DNA from: Candidatus Multivoradales bacterium
Lineage (GTDB): Bacteria > Acidobacteriota > Thermoanaerobaculia > Multivoradales > J023
NCBI GenBank assembly: GCA_965248925.1
Contig: CBDFLE010000006.1
Coordinates: forward strand, 992,001 to 1,056,000
Direction: 5' to 3'
DNA: 64,000 nt
A program made the translations under genes and the position numbers. The notes under the pieces were generated by a model. That model searched no databases and was not told where the DNA came from. It saw only the letters and a list, made by a program, of their open reading frames with translations. Of this stretch, positions 28,648-39,321 are shown one piece after another; positions within the stretch are counted from its first letter, which is position 1; the number at the start of each line of letters is the position of its first letter.

Positions 28648-29664
28648 CTAGGTACCAAGCAATCGTTCTTCTTGCATGTGTAGCTCGGCGACCTTGTCTT
28701 GGATTTCGTTGTGTAGATCCGCGGCGCAGAACTCCCGCGCCCGGCGAACCGCGTTCTTGATCGCTTTGGCTCTCGAGCGCCCATGGCCGATGAAGCAACC
28801 GCCGCGCACCCCGAGCAGGGGCGCGGCGCCATATTCACTCCAATCGATCCGCCGGCGGTAGCTGGCGAAGGCCGGCCGCACCAACCACGAGCCGAGCCGA
28901 GTACGCCAACTACCCCGTAGCTCCTCGCCGAGCAGCGACCCCAAGTAGGAGGCCAACGACTCCGAACTCTTCAACATCACGTTGCCGACAAAGCCATCGC
29001 AGACGATCACATCGACGGTGCCGCGGAAAACATCCCGCCCCTCGACGTTGCCGACGAAATTCAAACCAGTGGTCTTGAGCACTTTGAAAACCTGGCGGGT
29101 AATCTCGGTGCCCTTGCCCTCTTCTTCGCCGATCGACATCAGGCCGATCCGCGGCGCCGGCGTGCCGATGATCTCTTGGGCGTAGAAATGGCCCATCACG
29201 GCGTACTGGCGCAGGTGCCCTGCTTTGGCATTGATATTGGCGCCCACGTCGAGCACCACGGTGCGCCCGCGCTGGGTTGGGAAGACCCCGGCCAAGGCCG
29301 GTCGATCCACCCCGGGCACGGCGCCGATAACGGTCTTGGCGGCGATCACCGTGGCACCGGTATGACCGGCGGTGAACATCGCCTGCGCACGCCCTTCGCG
29401 AACCAGGCGAGCACAGACACGGATCGACGAATCGCGCTTCTTGCGCACCGCCACCGCCGGTTCCTCCATCGCCACGACCTGGGAAGCATGGACGACCTCG
29501 ATCCGTCCTTGAGCATCTGGCAAGCGCGCTAACTCGCGCTCAATCCGGCGCTGGTCGCCGACCAGCAGGATCGATGAACCGTCCTCCACCGCCGCTTCGA
29601 CGGCACCTTCCACGGCCGAGCGCGGCGCGAAGTCGCCGCCCATTGCATCGACGGCAATGTGCAT
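28648..29664 (-). CDS. plsX: Phosphate acyltransferase
   Basis: IAVDAMGGDFAP, DRPAL, VCDGFVGN. Confidence 0.95.
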   Translation of the reverse strand: MHIAVDAMGGDFAPRSAVEGAVEAAVEDGSSILLVGDQRRIERELARLPDAQGRIEVVHASQVVAMEEPAVAVRKKRDSSIRVCARLVREGRAQAMFTAGHTGATVIAAKTVIGAVPGVDRPALAGVFPTQRGRTVVLDVGANINAKAGHLRQYAVMGHFYAQEIIGTPAPRIGLMSIGEEEGKGTEITRQVFKVLKTTGLNFVGNVEGRDVFRGTVDVIVCDGFVGNVMLKSSESLASYLGSLLGEELRGSWRTRLGSWLVRPAFASYRRRIDWSEYGAAPLLGVRGGCFIGHGRSRAKAIKNAVRRAREFCAADLHNEIQDKVAELHMQEERLLGT

Positions 29665-29711
29665 GAATCAGGATCGTCCACGGGCCGGTGCGACAGGTCG
29701 CCCCACCATCT

Positions 29712-29897
29712 CTATAGAGACTCTTTGACCTCGATCACGTCGCGGTCGCGGTAGCTGCCACAATGCTGGCAAACTCGGTGCGATAGCTTCGTCTCGCCGC
29801 AGTTGGAGCAGCTGGAGGTCCCTGGACGACTCAAGCTGTCGTGGGTGCGCCGCTTGTCGCGGCGGGATTTGGAGTGTCTTCTTTTTGGATGCGCCAT
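29712..29897 (-). CDS. rpmF: 50S ribosomal protein L32
   Basis: [17 protein letters not shown], two CxxC motifs. Confidence 0.95.
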   Translation of the reverse strand: MAHPKRRHSKSRRDKRRTHDSLSRPGTSSCSNCGETKLSHRVCQHCGSYRDRDVIEVKESL

Positions 29898-29963
29898 GAC
29901 TTCTACCTTTCACAGAAACCAATGCCGTGGACGGGTCAGGTCCATAGGCTGAGTACGTTGTTC

Positions 29964-30482
29964 TCAATCGCCGTCTCGCAGGGCTTCGAGGGCTGCCCAA
30001 CGGGGGTCGACTGACGGTCCGCAATCACAGGGGCCGCTGTTGAGATTGGCCCCGCAGTGGCTGCAAAGACCGGCACAATCCGGTCGACAGAGCGGCTTCA
30101 TCGGTAATTTGAGCTGCACCTGCTCCATCACCAAAGGCCGGCTATCGAGAGTCGGTTCGGCCAGCCGGATCAATCCAAGTTCGTCGGCTTCAAGTTCACG
30201 GTCAACCGAGGAATCATCCACCGAGTTGATCAATATCAGGTAGTCCGCAGCTACCTCGATCGGCCCCTCGATATCGCCAAGACAGCGGATACAGCCGGTG
30301 GTTTGGCGATAGGCCAAGCGAGTTCGCAGAACGTAACCATCACCCACTACTTCGATCCGACCGCTGCAAACGACCGGGTCAATCGCCCGCAGATCGGGGT
30401 GCTCGAACTCTTCGCGGGGAATCTTCAGCTCTTCCTGCCACTCGAAGGGACTGTCGCTCAGACGTTCAAGATGAATTTCCAT
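29964..30482 (-). CDS. yceD: YceD/DUF177 family protein
   Basis: CIRCL; LPMKPLCRPDCAGLCSHCG; DPRWAAL; directly upstream of rpmF. Confidence 0.88.
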   Translation of the reverse strand: MEIHLERLSDSPFEWQEELKIPREEFEHPDLRAIDPVVCSGRIEVVGDGYVLRTRLAYRQTTGCIRCLGDIEGPIEVAADYLILINSVDDSSVDRELEADELGLIRLAEPTLDSRPLVMEQVQLKLPMKPLCRPDCAGLCSHCGANLNSGPCDCGPSVDPRWAALEALRDGD

Positions 30483-30535
30483 GGAGCTTCCCTGCGAGAG
30501 CCGAGCGGGGAATCTACGCCAGGCGGTGGGCGAAG

Positions 30536-31804
30536 TCAATCATCAGCCGGCCGGGTCGAGCCCTCGGGATCGGCTGGCAGCAGCGCCAAGCGCGCCGTCG
30601 GCGGCGACGCCCGCACCTCGACCACAAAGGTGGAGAATCGCTGTCCCAGGGGCTCGAGCAGCAACCCGGCATCCTGCCAGCGAGCTGTAGCCCGCGGCGG
30701 CACCAGCGGATTCTGCCGCATCATACCAGCGATCCGCCGTACTTCATCGCCACCCCGCTCAATATCCAGCCACAGACCCCAGGTTAGCCCAGCGCGCTCG
30801 GTCAAAGGCGCCAGGGCGGCCGCCAGGCGACGACCGCCTGCGAGAGCGACCCGATCGATGGCGTCGATCTGCCAACCGGCAGCCTCACCGTGGTACGGTT
30901 GCCGGCCCCCGAACTCGAGAATGCTCTCTCCAGGCAACCGCCAGCGCTCTGCACCGGGTTCGTACAACACCGCGGCGCGCGGCAAATCTCGAGAATCCCC
31001 TGCCAGATCAAAGAGCAGCAAGGCTCCAACTGGCTCGTTCAGGTAGTTGTCGCGGCCGGCCAAAGTGACCAGAAAGACCTCGTCGCGGCCGAACTCACTC
31101 CCTTGCAAGCGGCTCGCCGGTGCCGCCGGCGCCACTGTCGCCAACTCGAAACCGGCCGCCACCGAACCGCGCAACATGTAGGAGCCCGGTGGCAACGGCG
31201 GTGCCGGCCGGCGCATCTCGACCCATGCCCAAGCTGCCGCGTCGATATCTGGCGCGGCTCCAGGCGCGGGAATTCCATCGCTGGTAACCCACCATTCCGA
31301 ACCCCGCCACTGCACCCACGCCACTCGGTCTTCGAGATGGACCTCGCCGCCGGCCAGCCACGGGTTAGCCGCCAAGCGGCCGCCAAGTTTGGCCAGCATC
31401 GCCATCAGCGGATAGATCCTGGCGACCAGCGCGAAACTCTCTCCGGACGGGTCTGAAACCACCGCCAAGTCGCGCGCCGGCGGCACCGCGAACGGGCCAA
31501 AAGTCGGCAGCGGCACCGCCGGTAGACCGGCCAAGCGCAGCATCGCTTCAAGGTAGCGCGGCTCGCGACTGGCGAGGTCACCGAGCACGCTGAGATTCTG
31601 GTGTGGAAAGGGCACCCACAGCGCGACTGGAAAGTCACTATTGGTGGTCAGCCGCACCGCCGCCGAGTCGATCTCCGGCATCGCCGGCCGAGAGCGCGGC
31701 AAATACCAATAGAACACGTGGCCGGCAGCGGCAAACACCCCTAGGAGCAGCGCCAACAACCACCAGCCCAAGCGGCGCCGTCGCCTTGTCTTGCCCGCTG
31801 TCAT
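30536..31804 (-). CDS. Hypothetical membrane-anchored protein
   Basis: Basic N-terminus and a single TM; translationally coupled to the upstream GT4. Confidence 0.65.
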   Translation of the reverse strand: MTAGKTRRRRRLGWWLLALLLGVFAAAGHVFYWYLPRSRPAMPEIDSAAVRLTTNSDFPVALWVPFPHQNLSVLGDLASREPRYLEAMLRLAGLPAVPLPTFGPFAVPPARDLAVVSDPSGESFALVARIYPLMAMLAKLGGRLAANPWLAGGEVHLEDRVAWVQWRGSEWWVTSDGIPAPGAAPDIDAAAWAWVEMRRPAPPLPPGSYMLRGSVAAGFELATVAPAAPASRLQGSEFGRDEVFLVTLAGRDNYLNEPVGALLLFDLAGDSRDLPRAAVLYEPGAERWRLPGESILEFGGRQPYHGEAAGWQIDAIDRVALAGGRRLAAALAPLTERAGLTWGLWLDIERGGDEVRRIAGMMRQNPLVPPRATARWQDAGLLLEPLGQRFSTFVVEVRASPPTARLALLPADPEGSTRPADD

Positions 31805-33219
31805 TTGGTTCCTGCAACCGGGTGCAAGCCCGGAGTGCGGCGCTCTGCGGCCTGGCGCCAGACCGCCAGAGTCGCCGCCGCGGTGTGACGCCAGTCGAAG
31901 CTCGCCGCCCGCTCGGCGCTGCGCTGGGCCAGGGCGCGGATCGCCTCGGGCTTGGCGAATAGGCCGCCGAGGATGTCCGCCCAGCCCTCGGCACTGCCCG
32001 GAGGCGCGTAGACAGCGGCAGCACCGGCGACCTCTCGCAGCACCGGGATATCACTCACCACCAAGGCGACACCGACGCTCATCGCCTCGACAGCCGGCAA
32101 GCCGAAACCTTCGTAGATCGACGGCATCACCACCAGTTCTGCGCCACGATAGAGGGCTGCCACCTGTCCGTCCGGGAGATAGCCAAGGTGCTGTAACCAC
32201 CCCTCGTCCTCGGCGCGCTTGATCTGCTGCCGCAGCTGCTCTGTTTCCCAACCCCAGCCGCCACAGAGCAGCAAAGGCGGTGGATCGGCGCCACGAGCGC
32301 GCAGCAGGCGCCACGCATCGAGCAGCGTCGGCAAGCCCTTGCGCGGCTCGACCGTGCCGACGTGCAACACATAACGAGGCGGGGTGCCGTCCGGGGGCTC
32401 GGTCGGTGAGGTGCCGGCCACCGAGCCCGGCCCGAGATGCACCGCGTGGACTCGCTCAGCCGGCGCCAATTCGGCCTCGATCAGTTCACCGCGGACCGTC
32501 TCACTGTCGGTCAGCAGCTCAACGGCGCGGTGCAGAGTTTGCGCCAAATGAGCCGCTAGATCGCGGCGGGTGATCTCACGCAGAGTCTCGGGGACCTTGC
32601 GGAAACCGAGGTCATGGACAGTCGCCACCAAGCGGCCTGTGGCCAGACCAAAAGCGGCCGGTAAGAAGTAATTGGGTGCGAAGAGCACCGCATTCGCATC
32701 GCTGGCGATCAGCTTCTGCTGCCGACGACGCAGCCAGCCGGCCACCTCCACATAAGAAATCGACAGCTCGGCCGAGACCGGATAGGTGACCACTTCGATG
32801 GCGCTTCCCCGCGGGATCTCGACCACTGGTGGCGGCAGATCGGGAGTGTCTACCAAATTGGGCCCATAAAGCCGCAGATGCAGATCCGGCATCTCTGCAA
32901 GGTGCTGCAACAAACGGTAGAGGTACCAGCCAATGCCAGTCAGGGGCTCCCAGAAGGGGCTGATGTCGACGGCGACGGTCAACCCCGGCTGCCGGCGGCG
33001 GCGGCGGCGGTCAGCGCGCAGCTGCTGCCACCAGCGCCAAGTGAAACGCAGTCGGCGCCCCCCTAAGGCACTGCGCAAACGCAGCCAGGCTTCACGGGCG
33101 CGCCAGTAATGGGTCAACAAACCCAGTCGATGGGCGATGCGCTTGAGCCGGTCGCGTATCGCCCGCGGACGCATTTGGGCGACCAGCAAGCGGAAGTAGT
33201 GGAGGATTCTTCTTGGCAT
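31801..33219 (-). CDS. Glycosyltransferase family 4
   Basis: TVHDL, GTVEPRKG, YEGFGLPAVEAM; Arg-rich N-terminal extension. Confidence 0.9.
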   Translation of the reverse strand: MPRRILHYFRLLVAQMRPRAIRDRLKRIAHRLGLLTHYWRAREAWLRLRSALGGRRLRFTWRWWQQLRADRRRRRRQPGLTVAVDISPFWEPLTGIGWYLYRLLQHLAEMPDLHLRLYGPNLVDTPDLPPPVVEIPRGSAIEVVTYPVSAELSISYVEVAGWLRRRQQKLIASDANAVLFAPNYFLPAAFGLATGRLVATVHDLGFRKVPETLREITRRDLAAHLAQTLHRAVELLTDSETVRGELIEAELAPAERVHAVHLGPGSVAGTSPTEPPDGTPPRYVLHVGTVEPRKGLPTLLDAWRLLRARGADPPPLLLCGGWGWETEQLRQQIKRAEDEGWLQHLGYLPDGQVAALYRGAELVVMPSIYEGFGLPAVEAMSVGVALVVSDIPVLREVAGAAAVYAPPGSAEGWADILGGLFAKPEAIRALAQRSAERAASFDWRHTAAATLAVWRQAAERRTPGLHPVAGTK

Positions 33220-33438
33220 TGTCAGGTCCGCACTTAGCGTGGGCCGCGTTCGGCAAAGAGCTTAGCCTATGCACAAGGATCACCAACAGACTCGGCGGCC
33301 GCCCTCCAGCAAGCCACCCGTCCCTAGGCCCTGTTATGTTCTGCCATGCCTTCCTCTGGCTGGCGGCAACGGCTACAATCTGCTCCACCGGGGATCTAGC
33401 CTCTTGCTCTGCCGGTTCGCCTTCAAGCGGAAACTCCA

Positions 33439-34587
33439 TTGCCCTACACCATCGCCATCGATGCTCGCAAGATTCGCGATTTCGGCATCGGCACGTACAT
33501 CCGCAATCTGGTCAGTGGGATTGGCGAGATCGACCGCAAGAATAATTACTTGCTGCTCACCGGACCGGCGGGGCGGGAAGCGCTGGAGCACCTGCCGGAG
33601 AACTTTCGCCTGGTCAGCCAACAGGCACCAGTCTACTCAATCCGCGAGTTTTTGCAGGTGTCGTGGCAGCTGCTGCGGCTGCGGGTCGACCTGTACCACG
33701 CCACCCACTACGTCCTGCCGCTGATGGTGCCCTGCCCGGTGGTGGTGACGATTCACGACATCATCCACTTACTCTACCCTGAGTACCTGCCCAATCAGCT
33801 CGCGTTTCACTATGCCGAACGGATGATCCACCGCAGCTTGCAGCGCGGCAACCGAATCATCGCCGTGTCGGAGAATACTCGCAGCGACCTGATGCACTAT
33901 TTCAGCATCGGCGGCGAGAAGATCGAGGTGATCCACAACGGCATCGAGGAGTGTTTTCGCCGGCCGGTGGCGGCGGCGGAACTCACCAGCTGGATGGAAC
34001 GTCTCGGCCTCGAAAGACCGTACCTGCTTTTCGTCGGCAACCCCAAGCCGCATAAGAATCTCGACAACGTAATCAAGGCCTATGCCGCCGCGCTGCGCCG
34101 TCATGAGTTTCCCCATCCGCTGGTCTGCGTCGGCGGCCGCGGCAATACTGAGTTCAAGATCCGCCAACGCGCCGAGCAACTAGGCATTGGCAACCGGGTT
34201 CTGCTGCTCGGCCATGTCGACCAGCAAGCACTGCCGGCGATCTACCAGGGCGCGGCCCTGTTTCTCTACCCAACTCTCTACGAAGGCTTCGGTCTGCCGG
34301 TGGTCGAAGCGATGGCCTCCGGCGTACCGGTGATCACCTCCGACACCTCGTCGCTCAAAGAGATCGCCGCTGGCTATGCCGATCTGGTGAACCCCCTCGA
34401 CATCGATGGCATGGCCCAAGCCATCGTCCAAGCCGTTCGCGACCAGGATCATCGCACCACCCTGGCCAAGCTCGGCCGGCGGCGGGCGGAGGATTTTCGT
34501 TGGGATAAGGCCGCCCGCCAGACCCTGGAGGTCTATCGTGCCGCCCTCGGGCTTGAGCGCCGTGAGGGCGAGGTGGCGCCTTCGTGA
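33439..34587 (+). CDS. Glycosyltransferase family 4
   Basis: GIGTY, TIHDI, PHKN, YEGFGLPVVEAMASG; TTG start. Confidence 0.9.
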   Translation: MPYTIAIDARKIRDFGIGTYIRNLVSGIGEIDRKNNYLLLTGPAGREALEHLPENFRLVSQQAPVYSIREFLQVSWQLLRLRVDLYHATHYVLPLMVPCPVVVTIHDIIHLLYPEYLPNQLAFHYAERMIHRSLQRGNRIIAVSENTRSDLMHYFSIGGEKIEVIHNGIEECFRRPVAAAELTSWMERLGLERPYLLFVGNPKPHKNLDNVIKAYAAALRRHEFPHPLVCVGGRGNTEFKIRQRAEQLGIGNRVLLLGHVDQQALPAIYQGAALFLYPTLYEGFGLPVVEAMASGVPVITSDTSSLKEIAAGYADLVNPLDIDGMAQAIVQAVRDQDHRTTLAKLGRRRAEDFRWDKAARQTLEVYRAALGLERREGEVAPS

Positions 34588-35744
34588 GTCCGCCAGCAGA
34601 GCTGCTCGGTCAACGACGGGTGGCCTTGGTCCACGACTGGCTCACCGGCATGCGGGGCGGTGAGCGGGTGCTCGAAGCGATCGCCTCACTGGTGCCAGAG
34701 GCGCCGATCTACACCTTGCTGCACCTCCCAGGCAGCGCCAGCGCTGCCCTCGAGGCACACCCGATCCACACCAGTTTCTTGCAACGGGCACCGGCAATCC
34801 GGCGTTTTTATCGGCACTATCTGCCCCTCTTTCCCAGCGCCATCGAAGATTTAGACCTCTCATGCTACAATCTCATAATCAGTAGTAGCCATTGTGTAGC
34901 GAAAGGCGTCAAGCCGGCTCCCGACGCGCTTCACATCTGCTATTGCCACACTCCGATGCGCTACGCCTGGGATCAAGAGCACGTCTATTTTCCGCGCCGC
35001 CGCGGGCCGCTGGCCAGGCTGCGCAATCTGGTGCTCACCGGCTTGCGGGCTTGGGATGTGGCGGCAGTACCGCGGGTCGATCATTTCTTGGCCAATTCGC
35101 ATTGGGTCGCCGGGCGCATCCGGCGCTACTACGGCCGCCATGCCGAGGTGTTGGCGCCGCCGGTCGATGTTGACTACTTCCAGCCCGCGGACTCGCTCGC
35201 TCGAGAAGGTGCGTCAGCACCCTACTGCTTGGCGGTGTCGGCACTGGCCCCCTACAAACGGGTCGAGGTAGCGATCGAGGCCTGCCACCGCGCCGGGATC
35301 ACGCTGAAAGTGGTGGGAGAAGGACCGGAGCGAGGCCGCCTCGAACGGCTTGCCGGCACCAAAACCCAGCTCCTTGGCCAAGTCTCAGGGCAGCGGCTGC
35401 GCAGCCTCTATCAGGGGGCGGTGGCCTTCGTCCAACCCGGCTTGGAAGACTTCGGTATCGCCACCGTCGAAGCGCTGGCTTGCGGCACACCGGTGGTCGC
35501 CTTGGGGCGCGGTGGGGTGCTCGACATCGTCACCAATGGCCAACACGGAGTACTCTACGAGCCCACCGAGGACGACCAGGAAGCTGCTGCTCTGGCCGAA
35601 GCGATTGACAAATCGCGTCAGATCAGGTTCAATCCCTTGGAACTGCACTCCCGAGCCCAAGATTTCTCCCCCGCGCGATTTTTGCAACAGCTGCGCGATT
35701 TCCTGAACCGGTGGGTCGCAGAGACGGAGCGAGGTTTGTCATGA
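34584..35744 (+). CDS. Glycosyltransferase family 4
   Basis: VHDWLTGMRGGERV, YCHTPMRYAWD, EDFGIATVEALACG. Confidence 0.9.
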   Translation: MSPPAELLGQRRVALVHDWLTGMRGGERVLEAIASLVPEAPIYTLLHLPGSASAALEAHPIHTSFLQRAPAIRRFYRHYLPLFPSAIEDLDLSCYNLIISSSHCVAKGVKPAPDALHICYCHTPMRYAWDQEHVYFPRRRGPLARLRNLVLTGLRAWDVAAVPRVDHFLANSHWVAGRIRRYYGRHAEVLAPPVDVDYFQPADSLAREGASAPYCLAVSALAPYKRVEVAIEACHRAGITLKVVGEGPERGRLERLAGTKTQLLGQVSGQRLRSLYQGAVAFVQPGLEDFGIATVEALACGTPVVALGRGGVLDIVTNGQHGVLYEPTEDDQEAAALAEAIDKSRQIRFNPLELHSRAQDFSPARFLQQLRDFLNRWVAETERGLS

Positions 35745-37150
35745 TCCGCATGCGTCGCCGCAGCACTGCCGCTCTTCACCTGGCGGGCGACTTGGTCACC
35801 ACCATCGCGGCGTTTTTCGCTGCCTGGTTTGTTCGTTTTCATCTCGAATTCCCCACCCTGACCAAGGGGGTGCCGGACTTCGGTCGCTATCTAACCCTGC
35901 TGCTGTCGCTGATCCTGATCCTCTGGCCGACAGTGTTCTATTTTCACGGCCTCTACCAGAGTCGGCGCAACCGCAGCCGGATCGACGAGGCCTTGACCCT
36001 GCTGCTGGCGGTAGTGGTCGGCACTGCTCTGCTCTCGGGCTTGTTGGCCTGGGTGCGACCGACCGACCTCACTTTCAGCCGTGGTTTCATGGCCCAGTTC
36101 GCCCTCTTCGATCTGATCTTCGTGCTCACCGGGCGCATGCTCCTGCGGATGGCTCTCGAGCGGCTGCGTCTGCGGGGCTACAACTTGCGGCGGATGCTGA
36201 TTGTCGGTGCAGGCAAGCTGGGCAAAGAGATCACTCACAAGCTGCTCGCCCACCGTGAGCTGGGTTTCGAGGTGGTTGGATTCCTCGACGACGATCCGGG
36301 GAAATCTGGCCGTGGCTTCTTCGGCATTCCGGTGCTCGGCGGCCTGGCGGACGTTGATCAAGTTGTCGGTGAGCACCACATCGATCACGTCTACATCGCC
36401 TTACCCCTCGAAGCTCACCGCAAGATGCTGAAGGTGATCGAGGACGTCGCCAAACATTGCGTCGAAGTCAAGCTAGTCCCCGATGTGTTGCAGTACGCCA
36501 CCCTGAAGGCCAGTCTCGAAGATCTCGACGGTACACCGGTGATCAACCTCTCGCAGGTGCCACTTCAGGGCTGGTACAGCCTGATGAAGCGAGCCATGGA
36601 CGTGGCCATCTCACTGACCGCGCTGGCTGTTCTGCTGCCCTTCCTGCCGCTGCTGGCGGCCTTGATTTGGTGGGAAGACAAGGGGCCCTTGTTCTACCGC
36701 CAGGAACGCATGGGGCTCGACGGCAAGTCCTTCTTGATCCTCAAATTCCGCTCGATGCGAATCAACGCCGAGTCGACCTCCGGGCCGGTCTGGGCAATCC
36801 GCGACGATCCGCGGCGCACCGGCATCGGCTCTTTCATGCGCCAGTGGTCGATCGACGAGCTACCGCAACTGTGGAACGTGCTCAGGGGCGATATGTCGAT
36901 CATCGGCCCACGCCCCGAGCGTCCCACGTTCGTCCACGAGTTCAAGCATAAGATCCCCGACTACATGCTGCGTCATCGGGTCAAGGCCGGCATCACCGGC
37001 TGGGCTCAGGTCCACGGTTGGCGCGGCAACACCTCGATCCGCAAGCGCATTCAATACGACCTCTATTACATCCAGAACTGGTCGATTCTGCTCGATTTCA
37101 AGATTCTCTGGATGACCTTCCGCAGCGGCCTGTGGCACAACGCTTATTGA
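35741..37150 (+). CDS. Undecaprenyl-phosphate glucose phosphotransferase (WcaJ/WbaP family)
   Basis: TM region, CoA-binding-like GAG domain, KFRSM, DELPQLWNVLRGDMSIIGPRPERP, GITGWAQ. Confidence 0.92.
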   Translation: MIRMRRRSTAALHLAGDLVTTIAAFFAAWFVRFHLEFPTLTKGVPDFGRYLTLLLSLILILWPTVFYFHGLYQSRRNRSRIDEALTLLLAVVVGTALLSGLLAWVRPTDLTFSRGFMAQFALFDLIFVLTGRMLLRMALERLRLRGYNLRRMLIVGAGKLGKEITHKLLAHRELGFEVVGFLDDDPGKSGRGFFGIPVLGGLADVDQVVGEHHIDHVYIALPLEAHRKMLKVIEDVAKHCVEVKLVPDVLQYATLKASLEDLDGTPVINLSQVPLQGWYSLMKRAMDVAISLTALAVLLPFLPLLAALIWWEDKGPLFYRQERMGLDGKSFLILKFRSMRINAESTSGPVWAIRDDPRRTGIGSFMRQWSIDELPQLWNVLRGDMSIIGPRPERPTFVHEFKHKIPDYMLRHRVKAGITGWAQVHGWRGNTSIRKRIQYDLYYIQNWSILLDFKILWMTFRSGLWHNAY

Positions 37151-37197
37151 ATCCAGGCCTATCGCAGCCGGCAATTGGTTCTTCTTTAGTTCTCCCT

Positions 37198-39321
37198 TCA
37201 AGGTCCTTTGCCAGCACCTGGCTGGGCCGGCGATTGAGTTCGGCTCAGAGCCAGAGCAATCGCTCGCAACGCCTCGCGCAGGGTCATTCGATCCTGCTCG
37301 CGGAGGCTCTCCCCGGCGAAGACCTCGCGCAGATACAACCCCACCAGCTGCCGTGCTGGCAGCGCGGCCTCGGCGTTTGCACTTGCAGCTAGACGTTGCA
37401 CCGCCAACGGCGGCAGCGAGTCAGGCACCTCGAGACCAGCGTGGCGCAAACGCCGCCGAAAGCTATCGTAGGCAAGCGCTGCCGAACGCGGTGGTAAGCG
37501 GCTCCGATAGGCGAACCCCAGAGCTGCCAGCAAACCGATCAAGGCCGCCACCCAGGGCCATTGCCGTCCCTCTCCCACCATTCCCGTGACACCATCCGAA
37601 GTGCCTTCACTGCTGACTGAGTCAGCCGGAGCCTCGGCCTGATCACCGGCCAACAACTGGCGCCACCAAGTCGCCAGGCTCTGACGAGCGCGCTGAAAGA
37701 AACCCAGTTGATCGTCAGCGCCGAAGGTCAGTACATAGCGATCCCAGCGGTAGACCAGAGCATCGTAAAGCTGGCTGACGAGCAACACCAGACTCTGCTC
37801 GGCGATCGGCGGTCTACCGTCAAAAGGGGTTGGGTCATAGATCTGCCAACTGCCGTCGACCAGGGCCTCCACCCAGGCATGAGCGCTCAGCTGGCGAACC
37901 AAGAAGTAACCCTCCACCGGGTTGTACTCGCCGCCCAGAAAACCCGTAACCAGCCGCGCAGGCACCCCCTGGCCACGCAACATCAGCACCATCGACGAAG
38001 CGAAATACTCGCAGTGACCGCTCTTGTACTCGAAGAGGAAATCTTCCAGTGGATTCTCGCCATCGCGACCTACGAAGTCGAGAGTGTAGGCATAGTTGGT
38101 CTGCAGGTGAATTTCGAGTCGCCTTGCGCGCTCGCCGGCCGGATCCTCTGCCGCGCCCATTATCTGTGTCGCCAACTCCTCCATCCGCAGCGTCAAACCG
38201 CCGCGGTCCAGAGCATTGAGCTGCTCGTCGTTGGCCACGAAGGTACCGGTCAGCACCGGTTCGGCGGCCAGCTCAACACGATAGGCCAGGGTCTCGCGAG
38301 AAGGCACCGGTACCAGCAGTGCGCCACCAGAATCGCGCTCGACACCGCGCAGCTGTCTGAGTTCCAAGCTCAGTGCCTCGACCGGCAGCAACAAACTGCG
38401 GGAACCGATCGGCTCGAGGAAGATATCCACCGATTGCTCCGTTTCTGGGCGGCTGGAACCTGCGGGCAGCAGATCGATGTCGCGACCCGGGAAGTTGAGC
38501 AGATTCTGCCGCCGCCGCGAACGAAACCACTGCTGGTCGCGGTAGAAGTCGTAGGTCGCTCCTTTGATGCGAATCTCCTCAGCCGGCGGCGCCACGCGCT
38601 GATATTCGATACGCATCGCAACGCTACGATTCTGCCGCACCGTGCTGGTCAGACTGAGGTTGACCGAGTCGCTGAAACCAGTACTGCGCATCATCGCGCT
38701 CGTAGCACCCCCCGCACCCATCACCAGCGGCTCGCGCAATCGCGGCATAAGCGGAAACAGGGGCACCGCCAACAACAAGATAGCCAACCCGCTGACCACC
38801 AACGGCCTACGCAGCGGCGGTCCGTCAGAATTCAGTCCTTGCTGACCGAGTACATGCAACTGAGCGAAGCGAGCCAGCAAGTGAAGAGCCACGCCGAGAA
38901 AGACCAGCAAATACAGTACTACCGCCAGGTGCGAGCTGGTCGCCATCACACCGATGAAGATGAAGAACACCGCCAACACTACATGCCACTTATCACCCTC
39001 CCGGCGGATCGAAAATAGCTTCACCACCAACAAAAACAAGATCAGATGCAGCAGCGCCTTGATGAACGAGTTGAAATCGCTGCGCACCGCCCGCAGAACC
39101 TCAAAGCCAAAAATCGGAAAATACAACAGGCCCAGCAGATTGAGCATCCACACCGGCAGAACCGTCGGAACTCGTCGGTCGACCCGGTGGAGAAAAAAGA
39201 CCACCAGTAACAAAAAAGCGATCAGAAAGCTCCATTCTAGGACTTCGTTCAGCGGCAGCGGCAACGGCGCCAACAAGGCCAACCAGCCGAGTAGCCGCTT
39301 CTTCTGCCGTTCGAAAGTCAT
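37198..39321 (-). CDS. Transglutaminase-like membrane protein (DUF3488/TgpA type)
   Basis: N-terminal TMs; GHCEYFAS, AHAWVE, DPTP catalytic triad. Confidence 0.9.
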   Translation of the reverse strand: MTFERQKKRLLGWLALLAPLPLPLNEVLEWSFLIAFLLLVVFFLHRVDRRVPTVLPVWMLNLLGLLYFPIFGFEVLRAVRSDFNSFIKALLHLILFLLVVKLFSIRREGDKWHVVLAVFFIFIGVMATSSHLAVVLYLLVFLGVALHLLARFAQLHVLGQQGLNSDGPPLRRPLVVSGLAILLLAVPLFPLMPRLREPLVMGAGGATSAMMRSTGFSDSVNLSLTSTVRQNRSVAMRIEYQRVAPPAEEIRIKGATYDFYRDQQWFRSRRRQNLLNFPGRDIDLLPAGSSRPETEQSVDIFLEPIGSRSLLLPVEALSLELRQLRGVERDSGGALLVPVPSRETLAYRVELAAEPVLTGTFVANDEQLNALDRGGLTLRMEELATQIMGAAEDPAGERARRLEIHLQTNYAYTLDFVGRDGENPLEDFLFEYKSGHCEYFASSMVLMLRGQGVPARLVTGFLGGEYNPVEGYFLVRQLSAHAWVEALVDGSWQIYDPTPFDGRPPIAEQSLVLLVSQLYDALVYRWDRYVLTFGADDQLGFFQRARQSLATWWRQLLAGDQAEAPADSVSSEGTSDGVTGMVGEGRQWPWVAALIGLLAALGFAYRSRLPPRSAALAYDSFRRRLRHAGLEVPDSLPPLAVQRLAASANAEAALPARQLVGLYLREVFAGESLREQDRMTLREALRAIALALSRTQSPAQPGAGKGP

